Notes: generated by a model from the letters alone, not told the origin. A DNA stretch of 64,000 bases from Adineta vaga (GCA_021613535.1 CP075496.1:10478001-10542000); one strand, 5' to 3'. Shown: positions 27,993-42,340, counted from the stretch's first letter. Translations and numbers: made by a program.

Positions 27993-30078
27993 TCAAAAAT
28001 ATGTCATTAAATCATGTAAAACTTCATCTGCATTTTCAATCATACATCCTGGCCATCTAAAACAAAAGATATGAACATTTTAGATCATGCAAAGTATGTT
28101 TTGTTTTCACTAACCGTATCTGTAATAATTGAATAATATCCGGCGTATTCATTTCATTATCTTCAAACAAGTCACCATAGATTGATGCTGGATATTGTTG
28201 TCGTGTATCAATGGATAGTAAACATGAGTGTTCTTGATTTTTTAAGCCAGTATAAACATGTAGTTGAAAATAATTTTCATAAATCCAATTATTTAATAAA
28301 TTAATATTTGTTGAATATATAATTCCATAACGACGATTTAAACAAATCAACCAAACAGGTACCTTTGGTGTTCGTAACATGGAACCAATTTCTTGTTTAT
28401 GCCAAAATGAATCATCTTCATGTTTAGACCAATAAAGAAATCCAACTGAACAACGATCTTTAACACCATATTGTGGTCTTTCCTATGAATATCAGATATT
28501 ACATGATATCGTTTTTGGAGAAATCTTTTTACATACCAGAAGATTACTATTTGCATCAAATTCAATCAATCCATTATGAAGATAATGTAAAGCTCGTCCA
28601 GTTAAGGCCAACATGACCATTTGAATAGTTGCTTCATCACGATCACCTACTAAACGTGTATGATCTAGATCATCGATTAATCTAATATATAAACATCTTT
28701 ATTTTTCATGTAGAAAAAACACAAAGATTATTTACTTTTTTAATGTACGTGATAACATAAGGCTGTAAAGAAACAAAATGACACCATTTTCTTTCATAAA
28801 CTATAAAAAACAGAACATGAAATAATAAAATTATATTGTTCGCGTTCTTTTTATACATACGTATGGTAAACATTTGATAATAAAGGAACGAAGTTTTGAT
28901 ATATCAACGAATTCAAACATGTGTAACTAAAAAAAAGAATATCTTTGTCTTGTGGTCTAACGCCTCGGGAAAAATATCTCACTCGTTCTGTTACTCCATC
29001 AGGTACATAATGTGAACCATAGTTTGAAAAACATTCATCACCTGCATATGGCATACAGACTGTTGCTCCTCGATATTCACCAGCTTGCCATAGAATCTAT
29101 TTTCGAAAACATGAAAATTAAACATTATATATATGTATATGTATCTGAGTTATACTTCTGTCAATGCATCAACCAGTGCTTCATTACGTGCTTCTACACT
29201 GACTGAAATCGATCTTTAGAGAAGACAAATGAAGAAATAAATGAGTTTAAAAAGTTTGCAATGGAAAACAAACCGATGTTTGTTTGGTGATAGGAGATTT
29301 TTCAAAAGTAAATGTCGAAGAACGAAAGCTTGAACAGCTAAAATAAGACCACGAGCACTTGTCTACAAAGAAAAGCAGATGAAGTTTTGACTTTTTTAAT
29401 ATTCTAAATTGATTACTCGATCAGCCATAAGACCATAATTTAATGGATTTGTATAATCTCGAAACGCGAATTTTGCGGAAAGCCACGTTTGACTAAACGA
29501 ATGAATAGTAGAATTATTTGCCAATAGACGAAGAGTCTAGAGAACATAGAATCAAATAAATCATGGAATATATCAAATGGTTCATACCGAAGCAATAGGT
29601 AATGTAATTTGATCACCTTGTGAATACAATTTCAAACTACGACTATTACCATGTGTTTTAATATATTCATCTAAAAAGTCATTTTTAAATGTGAGGAATA
29701 GATCGAAACTAGTTATTTACCTTCAAATAATTTTGGTGCCGTAGAATCTATTTGTTTCGGTTTAATAATTGGTTGAGCTAATAACGAATCTACACGCTAG
29801 AAATAATAACATAGAGAAAGATGATCATGAAATATATAGGGGTGTCATACATTTTTCAATTCAGCACGACTCGTTTCAAAATAACTAACTAAATTTAATA
29901 GCTCTTGATCACTATATTCACCATCAGAATTAGTAGTGGGATCAGGAAGAGTAGGAGGTGGAATAGAAGCAGAAGCAGGAGGAGGTGTGGAAGTATCAGC
30001 TGTATTCGTAGTAGTAATTCGATACATAGTTGATTGTGCTTTCGCCGTACGCATATTGTCGGGATCTGCAGTTGGCAT
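27993..30078 (-). CDS. MINDY-4/4B-like (FAM188B) protein, probably catalytically inactive
   Basis: ILFLYSLMLSR, LALTGRA, VGFLYW, IGSMLRTPKVPVW, RWPG; the expected GPCG catalytic motif reads ARGL. Confidence 0.75.
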
Positions 30079-30719
30079 TGTAAATATTTATTTGCAATGA
30101 AAAAATGAAAATCTTCAAAAAGAAAAGCATATTTATTATTACATAATATCGGAAGAATACGAGAGTATGAACAAATTAATCAATAACGGATATCTCTCTG
30201 AATCATAATATGATTATAAAAAATAGTTGAGTCTTTCTTCGAATATCATTCTAGATTCGATCTAACTATTACAATCAAAATCTTCAAATTTCACATCAAT
30301 GCTCTCTTTACAATCGACCCCTCTAGCTGTCTTATATAAGCGGAAAAAAATGCACTTTTCATCATGAAATCTTATTTTGCATTAAAAATAACAAAGTACA
30401 CTGAAAAAGAAATTCAATTTATAGTTCCTTTCATTTCGTCCAGCAATGACATGACAATTACCTTCATTCTTCATCTACAAATTTGTTTATATTAACACAT
30501 TTATGCACTAACAATCCATAGAATACATTCGATGGACATGTCAAGTTACATACATCGAACGAAAAGAACAGAGCAAATATAAAAAGGAGGGAAAGTGAAT
30601 AATGCAAAATATATCGTCTTTTCGTTTAAAACAAAAGATGCAACCAGATGGTGCTTCCGCGTCACTTCTACTAGCATCATCGTCAAAATGCAACATTTGT
30701 CTTTTTTTTATTCGAAATA

Positions 30720-33154
30720 ATGGTACTACGTCGACGTGGCTTGATCAAATATATTCTTTTAATTCCAATCTTATGGTTCATTGCTATACTCATATTTTCA
30801 TTTCAAACACAACCTTCCCCATCGCCGCGTTTCCGAAAAGATGTACCAGATCAAAAAGTTTCACCTTCATCGTTATTTGATCGAATAGCAGCACGATCAA
30901 TAGTTAATCGTATTCGTGATGCATTAAAATCCAAATTACAACTACAACAACACGTTGATCATGATCATCCAGTGGAAGAACGTTTTAAAGCTCGTGAACA
31001 AGCAAGAAAAATGAATGCACAAATACAAGTTGTTGCACCTGAACTTGAACATGATCATAAGAATTTAAATAAAACTGGTCCTGGTGAAATGGGCAATGCT
31101 GTACAAATTGACAAAGATAAATTATCACCAGAAGAAAGAAAAAAATATGATAATGGTTGGAAAAGTCATGCTTTTAATGAATATGTTAGTAATATGATAT
31201 CATTACGAAGAAGTTTAGCTGATGTTCGTGATCCTCAGTAAGAAAGATTTCTTCAAATAATCCATTTTATATTTCTATTTTTATTAGATGTAAGAAAGTG
31301 GAATTCCATCCGGATCTTCCTGATGCAACCGTTATTATTATCTTTCATAATGAAGCTCGTTCGACTTTATTAAGAACAGTTTGGTCAGTACTTGATCGTA
31401 CACCAGCTCATCTATTGAAAGAGATCATACTTGTCGATGATTTTTCTGATAAAGGTTTGTGTTCGTGGTAAGTTTATTTCAATTAAAGAATAATTTTCAG
31501 GTTTTTTTTATTAGAACATTTACATAAAATGCTTGAAGATGATATTAAACCATTAAAGAATGTTCAATTACTTCGAACAAAAAAACGTGAAGGACTTATT
31601 CGAGCACGATTGCTAGGTGCTTATGCAGCAACTGGACAAGTTCTCGTCTTCTTAGATTCACATTGTGAATGTGCTGAAGGTAAGAATAGGAATTGACTGA
31701 ATAGTCAAATATACAGTTAGAAAAAAATGAAATAATTATTTTGTTCTGTTTTGTTTTTGTCTTCAGGATGGCTTGAACCTTTATTAGATCCAATAGCACG
31801 CAATCCGAAAGCATCTGTAGTACCATTAATTGAAATTATTGATGATTCTACATTTGCATTTCATGGTACACCGATTCAAAATATTCAAGTTGGTGGATTT
31901 GATTGGAATTTAATCTTTAATTGGCATGCCACACCTGAACGTGAAATGCAACGACGACTAAAGAAAACTGATCCTATCAGGTGCGTTAAATTGTCATTTT
32001 TTGTATTAATTTCATATCTATGTGTTTTTCCAATATAAAGGAGTCCTACCATGGCTGGTGGTTTATTTGCTATAGATCGAGCATGGTTTGAAGAATTAGG
32101 AATGTATGATCCAGGAATGGATATTTGGGGTGGTGAAAATCTTGAACTTTCTTTTAAAGTAATTATCAGATGCAGACGTCTTTATTTTGAAATATATCTT
32201 CATCTTCATTTCATTCAGCTTTGGCAATGTGGTGGTGAACTGCTATGTGCTCCATGTTCACATGTCGGTCATGTGTTTCGGAAGCGCTCACCATATAGTT
32301 GGCCGAAAAGTACAAATGTTATAAAAAAAAATAGCATTCGTCTCGCCGAAGTATGGCTCGACGAATATAAAGTAATGCATCTCTCATCGAATCATATCAT
32401 CTGAACACTTTTATTTATTTTTATCTAGAAATATTATTATGAACGAATTAATTTTGATTTGGTAAGGATATTTGCTTTGATTGAAACACATGATCGAAAT
32501 ATTTTCTATGTAGGGAGATTATGGAGATGTATCTGAACGAAAAAAACTTCGTGAACATCTTCAATGCAAACCATTTAAATGGTTTCTCGATAATATCTTT
32601 CCTGAACAGTTTGTTCCTGGAGATAGTTTAAATTATGGCGAGGTATAACTTTTCTTCTTCGTTAAATAAAATCGCTTACAAAATATATATTTTTAGGTTC
32701 GAAACCGAGGCAAACCAAATATTTGTCTCGATTCACAAGGAGTTGAATATCATGATAAAGCAGTGATTGCTTATCCTTGTCATGGTCAAGGTGGCAATCA
32801 ATTTTTCCTTCTAACTAAAAACGGAGAAATACGACGAGAAGAAAAATGTCTAGATTATGTAAGCATTAAACTTCAACAACCCAATGAAGTTCGCTCAATG
32901 GTTTGTCATTCAATGAGAGGCAATCAAATGTGGTTTTATGAGGTATACTGAATATTGCTTTCATGTAAATTACTTTAACTCATTTCCTATCATTCATTAT
33001 TTTTAAGAATGACATGATTCGACATGCATCCGGATTTTGTATGGAATTATCACTAGCAAACGATAGAGATATTTATATGGCTAAATGCAATCCATTTAAT
33101 AAATATCAAAAATGGTCATGGAAGAAACGTATAAACAACTCTTCATCTTTCTAA
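30720..33154 (+). CDS. Polypeptide N-acetylgalactosaminyltransferase (GT27) with C-terminal ricin-B lectin
   Basis: N-terminal TM; [59 protein letters not shown]. Confidence 0.95.
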
Positions 33155-33328
33155 TAATTATATTTTTGTTAAATTGTTTTCCTTTTTTTGTTTATGTTTT
33201 ATGTGTTCGTGTTTTTAGGGTACTGTTTTTATACTTTACACACCGGTGTGTGAATATCTATTCATAATTGTTATCGTATTAAACGAAGATAAATCTTTTA
33301 TTATGTTTATTGTTTTCTCTAGATAAAA

Positions 33329-36300
33329 ATGATGAATATGGATGGTTCGACAGGAGAAAATATGGCTAATCTTGGACAAGGAGATGATCAGCAAATGGTA
33401 ACATTGGCTGAACGAGAAAATTGTATAGCACGATTGTAAATAAGAATATCTGGAGTTTTGTTATTGACTTCATTGACGATTTTTATTTTCTTAGAACAAA
33501 TTATTTTAATGGTAATCGAGAAATGGCTAAACATCTTGATGATCAAGCAATTGCTAGAAGTGGCGGAAAAGTGGTAAGATATTCTTCACCTATGCTTAGT
33601 TTATTCGTTGTTTAATCTGTTCATATCTTTAGATCTTGTATAGAAAAACGTTACAAATGTTACTGCCACCAAGAAATCAACAAATGCAGCAACAGCAACA
33701 GCAGCAGCAGCAACAACAACAACAACAACAACAAATGATGAATCCACAAGTAATGAATAGTTATAATCTGATATGAAAAAATTTCCTGTCCCATCATTTA
33801 GTCACAACAACAGCAGATGTATATGAATCAACAGCAACAACAACAACCACCTTCATCTTATACGATGCCAACATCGTTACCTCCATCATCATCAATGATG
33901 CCTTCTACGCCAACAATGATGAATGTGAAACAAGAACCTCAATTACCAATGCAAAACAATCAAATGAGTCAGATGAGACCTAATATACAAAATTTTCCTG
34001 TTCAACAGCAACAGATCAAACAGGAATTGATGATGCCACCAACTCCACAGCAGCAACAGCAACAGATTAAACAAGAGCTGATGGCCCCGACAATGCCGCA
34101 GCAGCAGCAGCCCGGAATGCAAGCTCAACAAATGAGACAGCAACAACCATCACAATATAATCAACAACAGCCATCATCTAATCCTAATCAATCTTCAGTC
34201 AACACACCTCAACAACGTACAATTGTTCAGGTAAATGAACATAATATATTGTGAAAACGCTTTGAAAAGATCTTAATATCTTAATTGTATAGCATTTACA
34301 ACAAGTACGTCAACAAAATCATCTCAATCAACAACAACAGCAACAGCAGCAGCAAGAGTTTTCAAACACTGCTCAGATGCAGCAACAACAACAGCAACAT
34401 CCATCTAATCCTTCAGCATTACAACAATCATCAACAACACCAGTGCAAGCTCCTTCGACGTCAGCTGGTAGTTCCGATGAAAGTAAGCCTCGATAACATG
34501 TTTTCAGATGTTATTCGTAATAACTATTTTTTTCAGTTCTTCAACAACTTCTCACAAGTCCAAATCCACCAAAACAACCACCTTCAGCTATTGCTCAAAA
34601 TGTTGCTCAAGCAAGATTACGTACCGTAAATAAAAAGTCGACACATAATTTCTTCTATTCAATATAATTATATTTAGATGAACCGCAATATTCGTAATCC
34701 ACCCCCCTCAGCATCACAAATGCCTCCACAACAGCTACCAAGTCCAATGACACCGTAATTCAACATAGCGATTGATTCATGCATAATTTTCACTAAATGT
34801 TTTTTCAGTGGCTCTGATCCAATGATGGTTGGCAATATCCCATCACCTCATTCTCATCCTGCCATGATGCAACAACCATCTACACCATTAGGACCACCTG
34901 GTCAAAGTCCTTTAGCACGTTATATGATGGCTCAATCACCTCAAGCTGGTGTCTACCGTCCACAAATGTCTCCGATGAATGTGATGAGTAAATAAGATGA
35001 AAAATAGAGAATATAATTTAACAAAATTTATCATTGATTTAGATTATGCGGGTAGTCCAACAGCCATGATTGATGAAGAAATGCATTATTTATTTAAATA
35101 TTTTACGGAACGTATTCATTATTTAACTCGTGTAATTCAACGATGTCAACAAGAAGGTGAATACTAAACAAATCAGAACTAATTTTCGTGTTCATCACAT
35201 CCTTTTCTATTCTTTCTAGGTCAGCACGAGAAGGTAGCTAAATATCGGCAATTACATGATCAAATGGCAACATTTGTTCGAAATCCTGTTCCAGAACATC
35301 TCATAGCTGCACGTCGTCTCAAAGAGCATGTTGATCGAATCATTGATCCACGTATGTTTGGACCAATGATGATGGCACCTATGATGGATATGGCAGGAAT
35401 GGTACCACCTGGAACTAACGGTGGTCGATTTATGACCAATGGAATTTTCGAACAATGTCAACGTGCTATTGTAGATTATCTTGGCAAAGATTCCACTTTA
35501 AAATATAATGTTTCGAGACGTTTCTTAGATCCATTGAGTGACGTTCTTAATGGTGTACCTCATAGGTAATTATAAAATTGATTCTTATGCCAACTAGATT
35601 ACCATAAATGAATGCAGAAAGACAAAACTCAGAATATGTTAGCACATGTGTTTCTCCTTCAGTTAGAAATCTTACTATTTTGACTTATAGATAGACATCC
35701 TCATTTGTTTTATTTACTTTTAGAACCATACGATTAGATATTGAATCAAAAGAAACAATTGAATCCTGTTCACCTTCAGAAAATACTCATTCGTCTACAT
35801 CTCTTGCAAACACCATTGAAAATGAACTTGCTAATTTATCAATAAATACTTTTACTTATGAATTAAAACCATTGTCAGATAAATTATCTTCGTCTTCTTC
35901 ATCATCAATCACCGATATGATAGATTCATCTATCCGTGATTATGAATTAACCTGTCATTTTATTGAAATTAATATGCCTATTGTTCCACCTATAAAAATG
36001 AAATTATCCGTACGATATCCAGATGAACCACCTGAAGTTCTCTCATTAACACCGACCACTTTATCACAAACACCCGCAAAACTTGAACATTCAGGTAACT
36101 TATAACATTAAAAATCAAACGTTTTTTCTATATCGTCTTTGTTTTATTATCTTAGATGGTCATTCATTTTTTGAATCAATCTCACGAAATTTTATATATT
36201 TTTTATTTAAATTACCAGCTCAACATACTGTCACTGATATTTTAGATATATGGGTAAAATCTTTCATTTTCCGTCCATTAGAATTCATATTTCTTCTTCT

Positions 36301-36353
36301 TTTCTTAGCGTACTGCTATTCAAAATGCTTCCACATGTCAAGATAAAAATTAA
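33329..36353 (+). CDS. MED15: Mediator subunit 15-like
   Basis: Short helical (KIX-like) N-terminus, long Q/P/M-rich region, C-terminal MPIVPPIKMKLSVRYPDEPP and FLFKLPAQHTVTDILDIW resembling the MED15 C-terminal domain. Confidence 0.75.
33687..33733 (+). repeat. CAG/CAA polyglutamine tract in the MED15-like gene
   Basis: cagcaacagcaacagcagcagcagcaacaacaa... run is directly visible. Confidence 0.85.
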
Positions 36354-36708
36354 TCTATTTCCATCTGATCTTGTATAATATTGCACATATATTTCCTAAA
36401 TTTATTGTATATTTACTCGATAGAAAAATGAATGTTTTGCTCAATTTTTTCTTATTACAAGTTTGTTTGTAATGATGTAGAGCAGTTATTTAATGTTTCA
36501 TACTGTCTTAACGGAGAATATAACAAATAAATGTCAGAATCATTTTTAAAACAAACTCATAGAAAAGTACCGAATAACAATTTTGTACTACAAATACTTG
36601 ATTATAGTATCTTTTCGATTCAAATAGTAGTATATCTATTTAAAATGATCTGTAGTGAAGAATAAACTATGTCTAAGAGAAATACTTCTATTAAAACAAT
36701 ATAAACGA

Positions 36709-37785
36709 TCAATCAAAACATGCACAATCATTTTGATTACATCTTTCTAACAAATCTGATTTTGAGCAATCAAAAAGAACTGTCCATAAACGTTCTATGA
36801 CATGACCAAAAAACGGATTGCTTGGTGTTGATTTGCCAATTGGTGAACGAGGATCTGTATGAATCCAATGTTTACTATCAGCCTATAAATAAAAACGATG
36901 CTCTTAACGCATGAATTATTTCAACCGAAATATACTGTACTGTGACTAGATCATTGAAATATTTGTATATTTGTAAAGGATGTTTTCTTATACGCGTCTT
37001 ACTAACCAAAAATTGTCCTCGATACGCAATCTATATATAATCGAACTGGTTTTATGATAAAATGAAGTTTCAATTATTATTTACTGTTTGCTTCTCTGGC
37101 GGACATAATGTTTGTTTGAGCAATGCCCATAATTCTGCTAATCTTACCATATTATTATACTTATTTCGACCACAGTCATATTTTTCCATCCAATCTGTAT
37201 GAACAAGAGGCATGTATCCAATTGTTGAATTAAATTGTTTTTCTAATCGATTAACAAACCAATCATCGAATCGTCGATTTGAAATACCTTCTACAGCAGC
37301 TTGAGAAAATAGAATATGATTGGCAAGTGTATCGTAATTGTTAATGATATGATAGAGATATGTACCACTTTCTCGACCAAAATTAGGTAATGACTGAACA
37401 ATATCTGCTTTTAATTGTTTTTGAAGATGCGGACTACTGATATTCGAATTTTTATTATAAACAATGACTGTTAGATTAAGCTTTTGTAAACTTGAAAGAT
37501 TTCGAAGAAGATAAATAAATTGTGAGACAAAATCCATGTCTTCAGCATAATAACTCAATACCACGTCAAACCTTCTGATTTTTGTGAAGAGTTAGAATTA
37601 TGAACTTGAAAATGAGAGTTATTATAGAAAGTCAAAGAATATAAATTGTATCGAACTAGTAATTTGATACCAAATTTTGCATACCCATAATAGATTATCG
37701 TAGTTATAATTATTAGTATCACAATGACACGTACAATAGTTCGACGACCACTGAGAATATTACGATTCGAACTTTCCAAAGACAT
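36709..37785 (-). CDS. DUF3431-like type II membrane protein with an apparent frame break near 37580
   Basis: LPNFGRESGTYLYHII.NYDTLA..ILFSQA, GQFLVS..RIR, FGHVIERLW resemble the fungal-type DUF3431 family; the N-terminal TM ORF and the main ORF are offset by 1 nt. Confidence 0.65.
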
Positions 37786-37975
37786 TCTTTCTGCCTATTT
37801 TTCGACGGTTAATCAATTTTTATTGTCAATAAACCATTTCTAGACACACAAGTTATTTTCGAACTGAAATCTTATCAATTTTTACTGATCTATCCCCAAA
37901 TTATCTCATATTTAGTTCTACATTAACTAGTCCCATCTTTCGTATCCCTATTTGATCCTTTCTGCTTATATGCGG

Positions 37976-38250
37976 CTAAGGAATATAACTACAAAGTGTT
38001 AACTGTCTTCCCTCCGCATCATCACATACGTATATGAATTCATACGTCGATTGAAAGATGAACACAAATTCTAGCAACATAAATCAGAAGAACGTCAAGT
38101 ACAAGTTAAAAGAAGAAGAAAAATATACGAAAAAATAGATAAAAAAAGACTTCTGACGTTAATTAAACAGCATGAAGATGGTAAACTAACTGTATTTTTA
38201 ATTAGCCATTCTATCAGGTAGTACAGTAAAGATTAAGAAAAGAAAGAAAG
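37976..38250 (+). mobile_element. Degraded DNA-transposase (MULE-like C-terminal) relic
   Basis: Broken frame reading roughly YNYKVLTVFPPH..YEFIRRLKDEHKF*QHKSEE, reminiscent of MULE transposase C-termini; contains stops and frameshifts. Confidence 0.35.
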
Positions 38251-38371
38251 AAATATTTTCTCTATATTAACTTGTGTATTCTCTTAATTCATTCTCATTT
38301 ATGTTATGCCTTACTGGATGGAAATTAATATTGAATAAACTATTATTGTACACTATCTTTTTCATTACGAA

Positions 38372-39343
38372 CAGGCTTGCCAAATGAAACTTTTAGAAAT
38401 CAAGAGTTTTTGAAAAAAAATCAGGAGGTTTTCTTTAGATATTCAAGAGCGTTTATATAATTTTTATTGTACGAAAGTTACGTTCATCTAAATACTCGCT
38501 CAAGTGCTTCTGATGGTATCCATGTTCTATACTGTTACTGAACTTTTCATTTATCCAGTTTGGAAAAACGGACCTCATATTCGAGCTTCACCACTCCAAC
38601 TATTCATCGGTAAACCCTTGCCCAAAACTATTGTTTGTTTTGTAGAAGGAAAGATGTTTCTTTGTCTCAAACAATAGGATCCATTCTTTTAAAACTATTG
38701 TCAAATTCAGATTTCCTCTCCTCGATCACCCTTAAGTCAAATATTAGGTTAAACGATCTCTAGTTTTTTCATTTATCTTCCGATCAATCAGCGAAAAGCG
38801 ACCAAACAAACAAACAAGTAAATAGTTTATTCTCGCAGAATTTTCTATGAGAATCAGAATAATATATAACTTTCGACTCAGTGCATCTCTATAAGTTTAC
38901 AGACCTGTCGCTCTTCCCTTACAAGATAATTATTAGCAAATGAATATTAACTTCTCGATTAATATGTAATTAACTAATTACTATTAAATTTATGGCTTTC
39001 TTCAATGAGACTATATTTCTCTGTCGATTGGATTTCTCTGAGTATACTCGATTTAGTAAAAACATAAACATAAAACTTTGTAGATGTCAAATGAGTGTTC
39101 ATTTTGTTTCTACTATTGTTCTCAAAAAAGCATCATGTGACTGAAAACTGATCTATAAAAAGCATTTGACACAGAAATAGTTAATAAAAATCTATTCAAT
39201 TCTGATTAATTTCTCGTTTTCTCTACCAAAGTTCTATAAACGACAATATGTCAGTAAATTTCGACTAAGAAAAAGAAAAAATTCGGAGAAAAGGACAAAA
39301 ATTCAAGACATTCCTGATCAAATCAGGAAGTTTGACAGCTCTG
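38372..39343. mobile_element. Possible old non-autonomous hAT-like element
   Basis: Imperfect terminal inverted repeats caggcttgccaaa ... tttgacagctctg (9/13 match), with subterminal aatcaggag/aatcaagag motifs; flanks do not form a clean TSD. Confidence 0.3.
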
Positions 39344-40151
39344 GTTGTAGACCTCATAACAGATTGAGACCTTAACTTGGAATCGCCGCACACTAGCTGT
39401 CAAGCAGAAACATAGATGATGTGTTTTCATAAATTACTGTAATTATTTTTGAGACAGTTCATTATTTTGAGTAGTTAAGTTCAGCAATAATAAATAAAAA
39501 GACATTTCTACAACAGCATGCAACTGACAGTTAGTCAACATCATGCGAATGTATGTTTAAATACGTGAATTTTAAGGTTGTATTATTGACAGTCGTCGTT
39601 TTGAAAGTATGAAAGTGGTAGTGGATTTCTTATTCATATAGATAGTTTTGTTTCACGATATATTAAATAATGAAAGAATATGTTGATCTATCGATATTTT
39701 TCCCTTTTTTTTTTGGTAGATTCTTGACAGTTTTGAATCAAAATAAATTTTTTATAATAATTAATATTCCTATTTTCATAAGAGTAAAGAATTTAATATG
39801 AGCAGTGCAAAGATGCAAAAATTTCGTTGAACTCGAAACATATCTTAATTATTGAACGAAATAGTTAACGATGTGAGCTTTGAATTATCTTTGAAAGTAT
39901 AGAAGAATGAAGATCTGATTATCATAAACTCACAGCCACGCCTTTATTATAAACAACAATAGTATTTAAACTATTCATAGTGACTGTTTTTAGTTGCATT
40001 TGCATATTAACAGAACAAAGAAAAGTTTTTTTTTGTTTGGTTTGAGTTGAATGTTGCTTTTACTTTTATTTTCTTTCTTTCTTTGACTACTAATAAAAAA
40101 GAGACAGAGAGAGAGAAATAAATAGTTCGCCTTTCGTCAATTACAGTTACT

Positions 40152-41228
40152 ATGAGCACTATTGGAATGGCAACTAATAAAAGTAAACATTCACGTACTG
40201 TTAGTGAATCTTCGAGTCATACAGGACTAGATCCTGAACAACGACATGCAGCTAATCTCGAGCGATATCGTTCTTTATCAGCCAAAGTTGAACGTTGTTT
40301 ACAAGAATTAATCGAACGTGTATGTAAACAAAATCCGACATTAAATTTTGAATTACTCACTCCACCTACATCACATTTAACATCTCATTTACCAAATGAA
40401 AATAAAGAATACTATTTCGATTTTTATCTTGTGTGGAAAAATCTTGGTCAAATACAGGTTCAGAAAGGTGAATCATCAATATGTTGTAAAATCAAATATC
40501 TTAATAAATCAATAGTATGGTCACGTGCTGAACAAGATCGTCTTTTAATTTCCTATGTAGATAAGACAAAAGCATCCTATCTCAATGGACGTGGTTTACG
40601 AGATTTGTTTTTCGAAACATTTCATGACATATCTCCTGATTTAATACGTTTGGATTTCTTTGAACATTTGATCTATTTCGATTTAATCGTTCCATCTTCT
40701 AAAGATAAGACGACATGTCATATATCACTTCTTCCATGTATACATTTATCCGAAGAAAATGAAGTTTTACTTCCATTTGGTACACTTCGTTGGTACTCAA
40801 GATCATTATCATCCATCAAAGAAAATAATTTAAATAATTGTTTTCAACAACCATTACAAAATATTTCTATTCGTCGTTATATGTCTACAAATGATGCAGT
40901 TGATACATCAGCAAAATGTACACGACAAGATCAACAAGCATTTGCACGTGTTCGAGCAATTATTCATGAATTATTACTACCATGTACATTAGAACATATT
41001 GATACAATAGAACAACTTCGAGTACCTTTTGAAAATGATCTCGATGAAACAAAGAAACTTTTCTTTTTACCTCATCGAATAGATCGAAATTGTAACATAT
41101 TTCCAGCCGGACAATATTTATTGGATGATCCAAGAGCAAAAAGATTCTTTAAACGAGTATTACAGACAAATACTAAAATACCCACGAATGTACAAACAGA
41201 AAATAGTGAAATAAAACAAGAGAAGTGA
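40152..41228 (+). CDS. Intronless 358-aa protein, possibly a degenerate Mab-21/cGAS-like nucleotidyltransferase fold
   Basis: Long ORF in AT-rich DNA; ordered motifs YFDFYLV, YLNGRGLRDLF, HISLLPCI, LPHRIDRNCNIF resemble Mab-21 elements; family call is tentative. Confidence 0.55.
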   Translation: MSTIGMATNKSKHSRTVSESSSHTGLDPEQRHAANLERYRSLSAKVERCLQELIERVCKQNPTLNFELLTPPTSHLTSHLPNENKEYYFDFYLVWKNLGQIQVQKGESSICCKIKYLNKSIVWSRAEQDRLLISYVDKTKASYLNGRGLRDLFFETFHDISPDLIRLDFFEHLIYFDLIVPSSKDKTTCHISLLPCIHLSEENEVLLPFGTLRWYSRSLSSIKENNLNNCFQQPLQNISIRRYMSTNDAVDTSAKCTRQDQQAFARVRAIIHELLLPCTLEHIDTIEQLRVPFENDLDETKKLFFLPHRIDRNCNIFPAGQYLLDDPRAKRFFKRVLQTNTKIPTNVQTENSEIKQEK

Positions 41229-41702
41229 TTTATTTTGTATCCAGATGCACTTTGTTGAATAAAAATTCTTTGTTTTACAACTATTTTTGAACTATTTGTA
41301 TTTTGAAACAAAGTTTGACTTCCTTACCGGGACTACCCATAGTTCAATTGGTTTCACTATTTTTGATCAAGCGAAAGACGACATCTACCGAATAATAAGT
41401 TTCAATGGATTTCATTTTCCAGATTAACAATACAGATAAACAAATCTATTTTTCTATTATTATATGTCTAAGATATGAAGATTGTCTTCGAAATTTCTTT
41501 TGGATATAAACGGAGGTTCCATTGAGTTATTCATGGCCGATTGGTTAGGTCAAACGGCCATATCAAATCAATCATTCTGTTACTGTTAGTTAGTCAGATG
41601 ACCATATTAATCTGATCTCATCATAATTGGTTGATCGAGTAATAAGTTTTATTTTATTTTCAGACTTTTTTCGTCGTTGTTTTCCATCATCCTCGACTCG
41701 AA

Positions 41703-42340
<638 letters not shown>

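Noticed and set aside
41533-41560. Short inverted repeat tggccg...cggcca upstream of RPS11
   Set aside because: A 6-7 bp stem alone is not enough to call an ncRNA or regulatory element.
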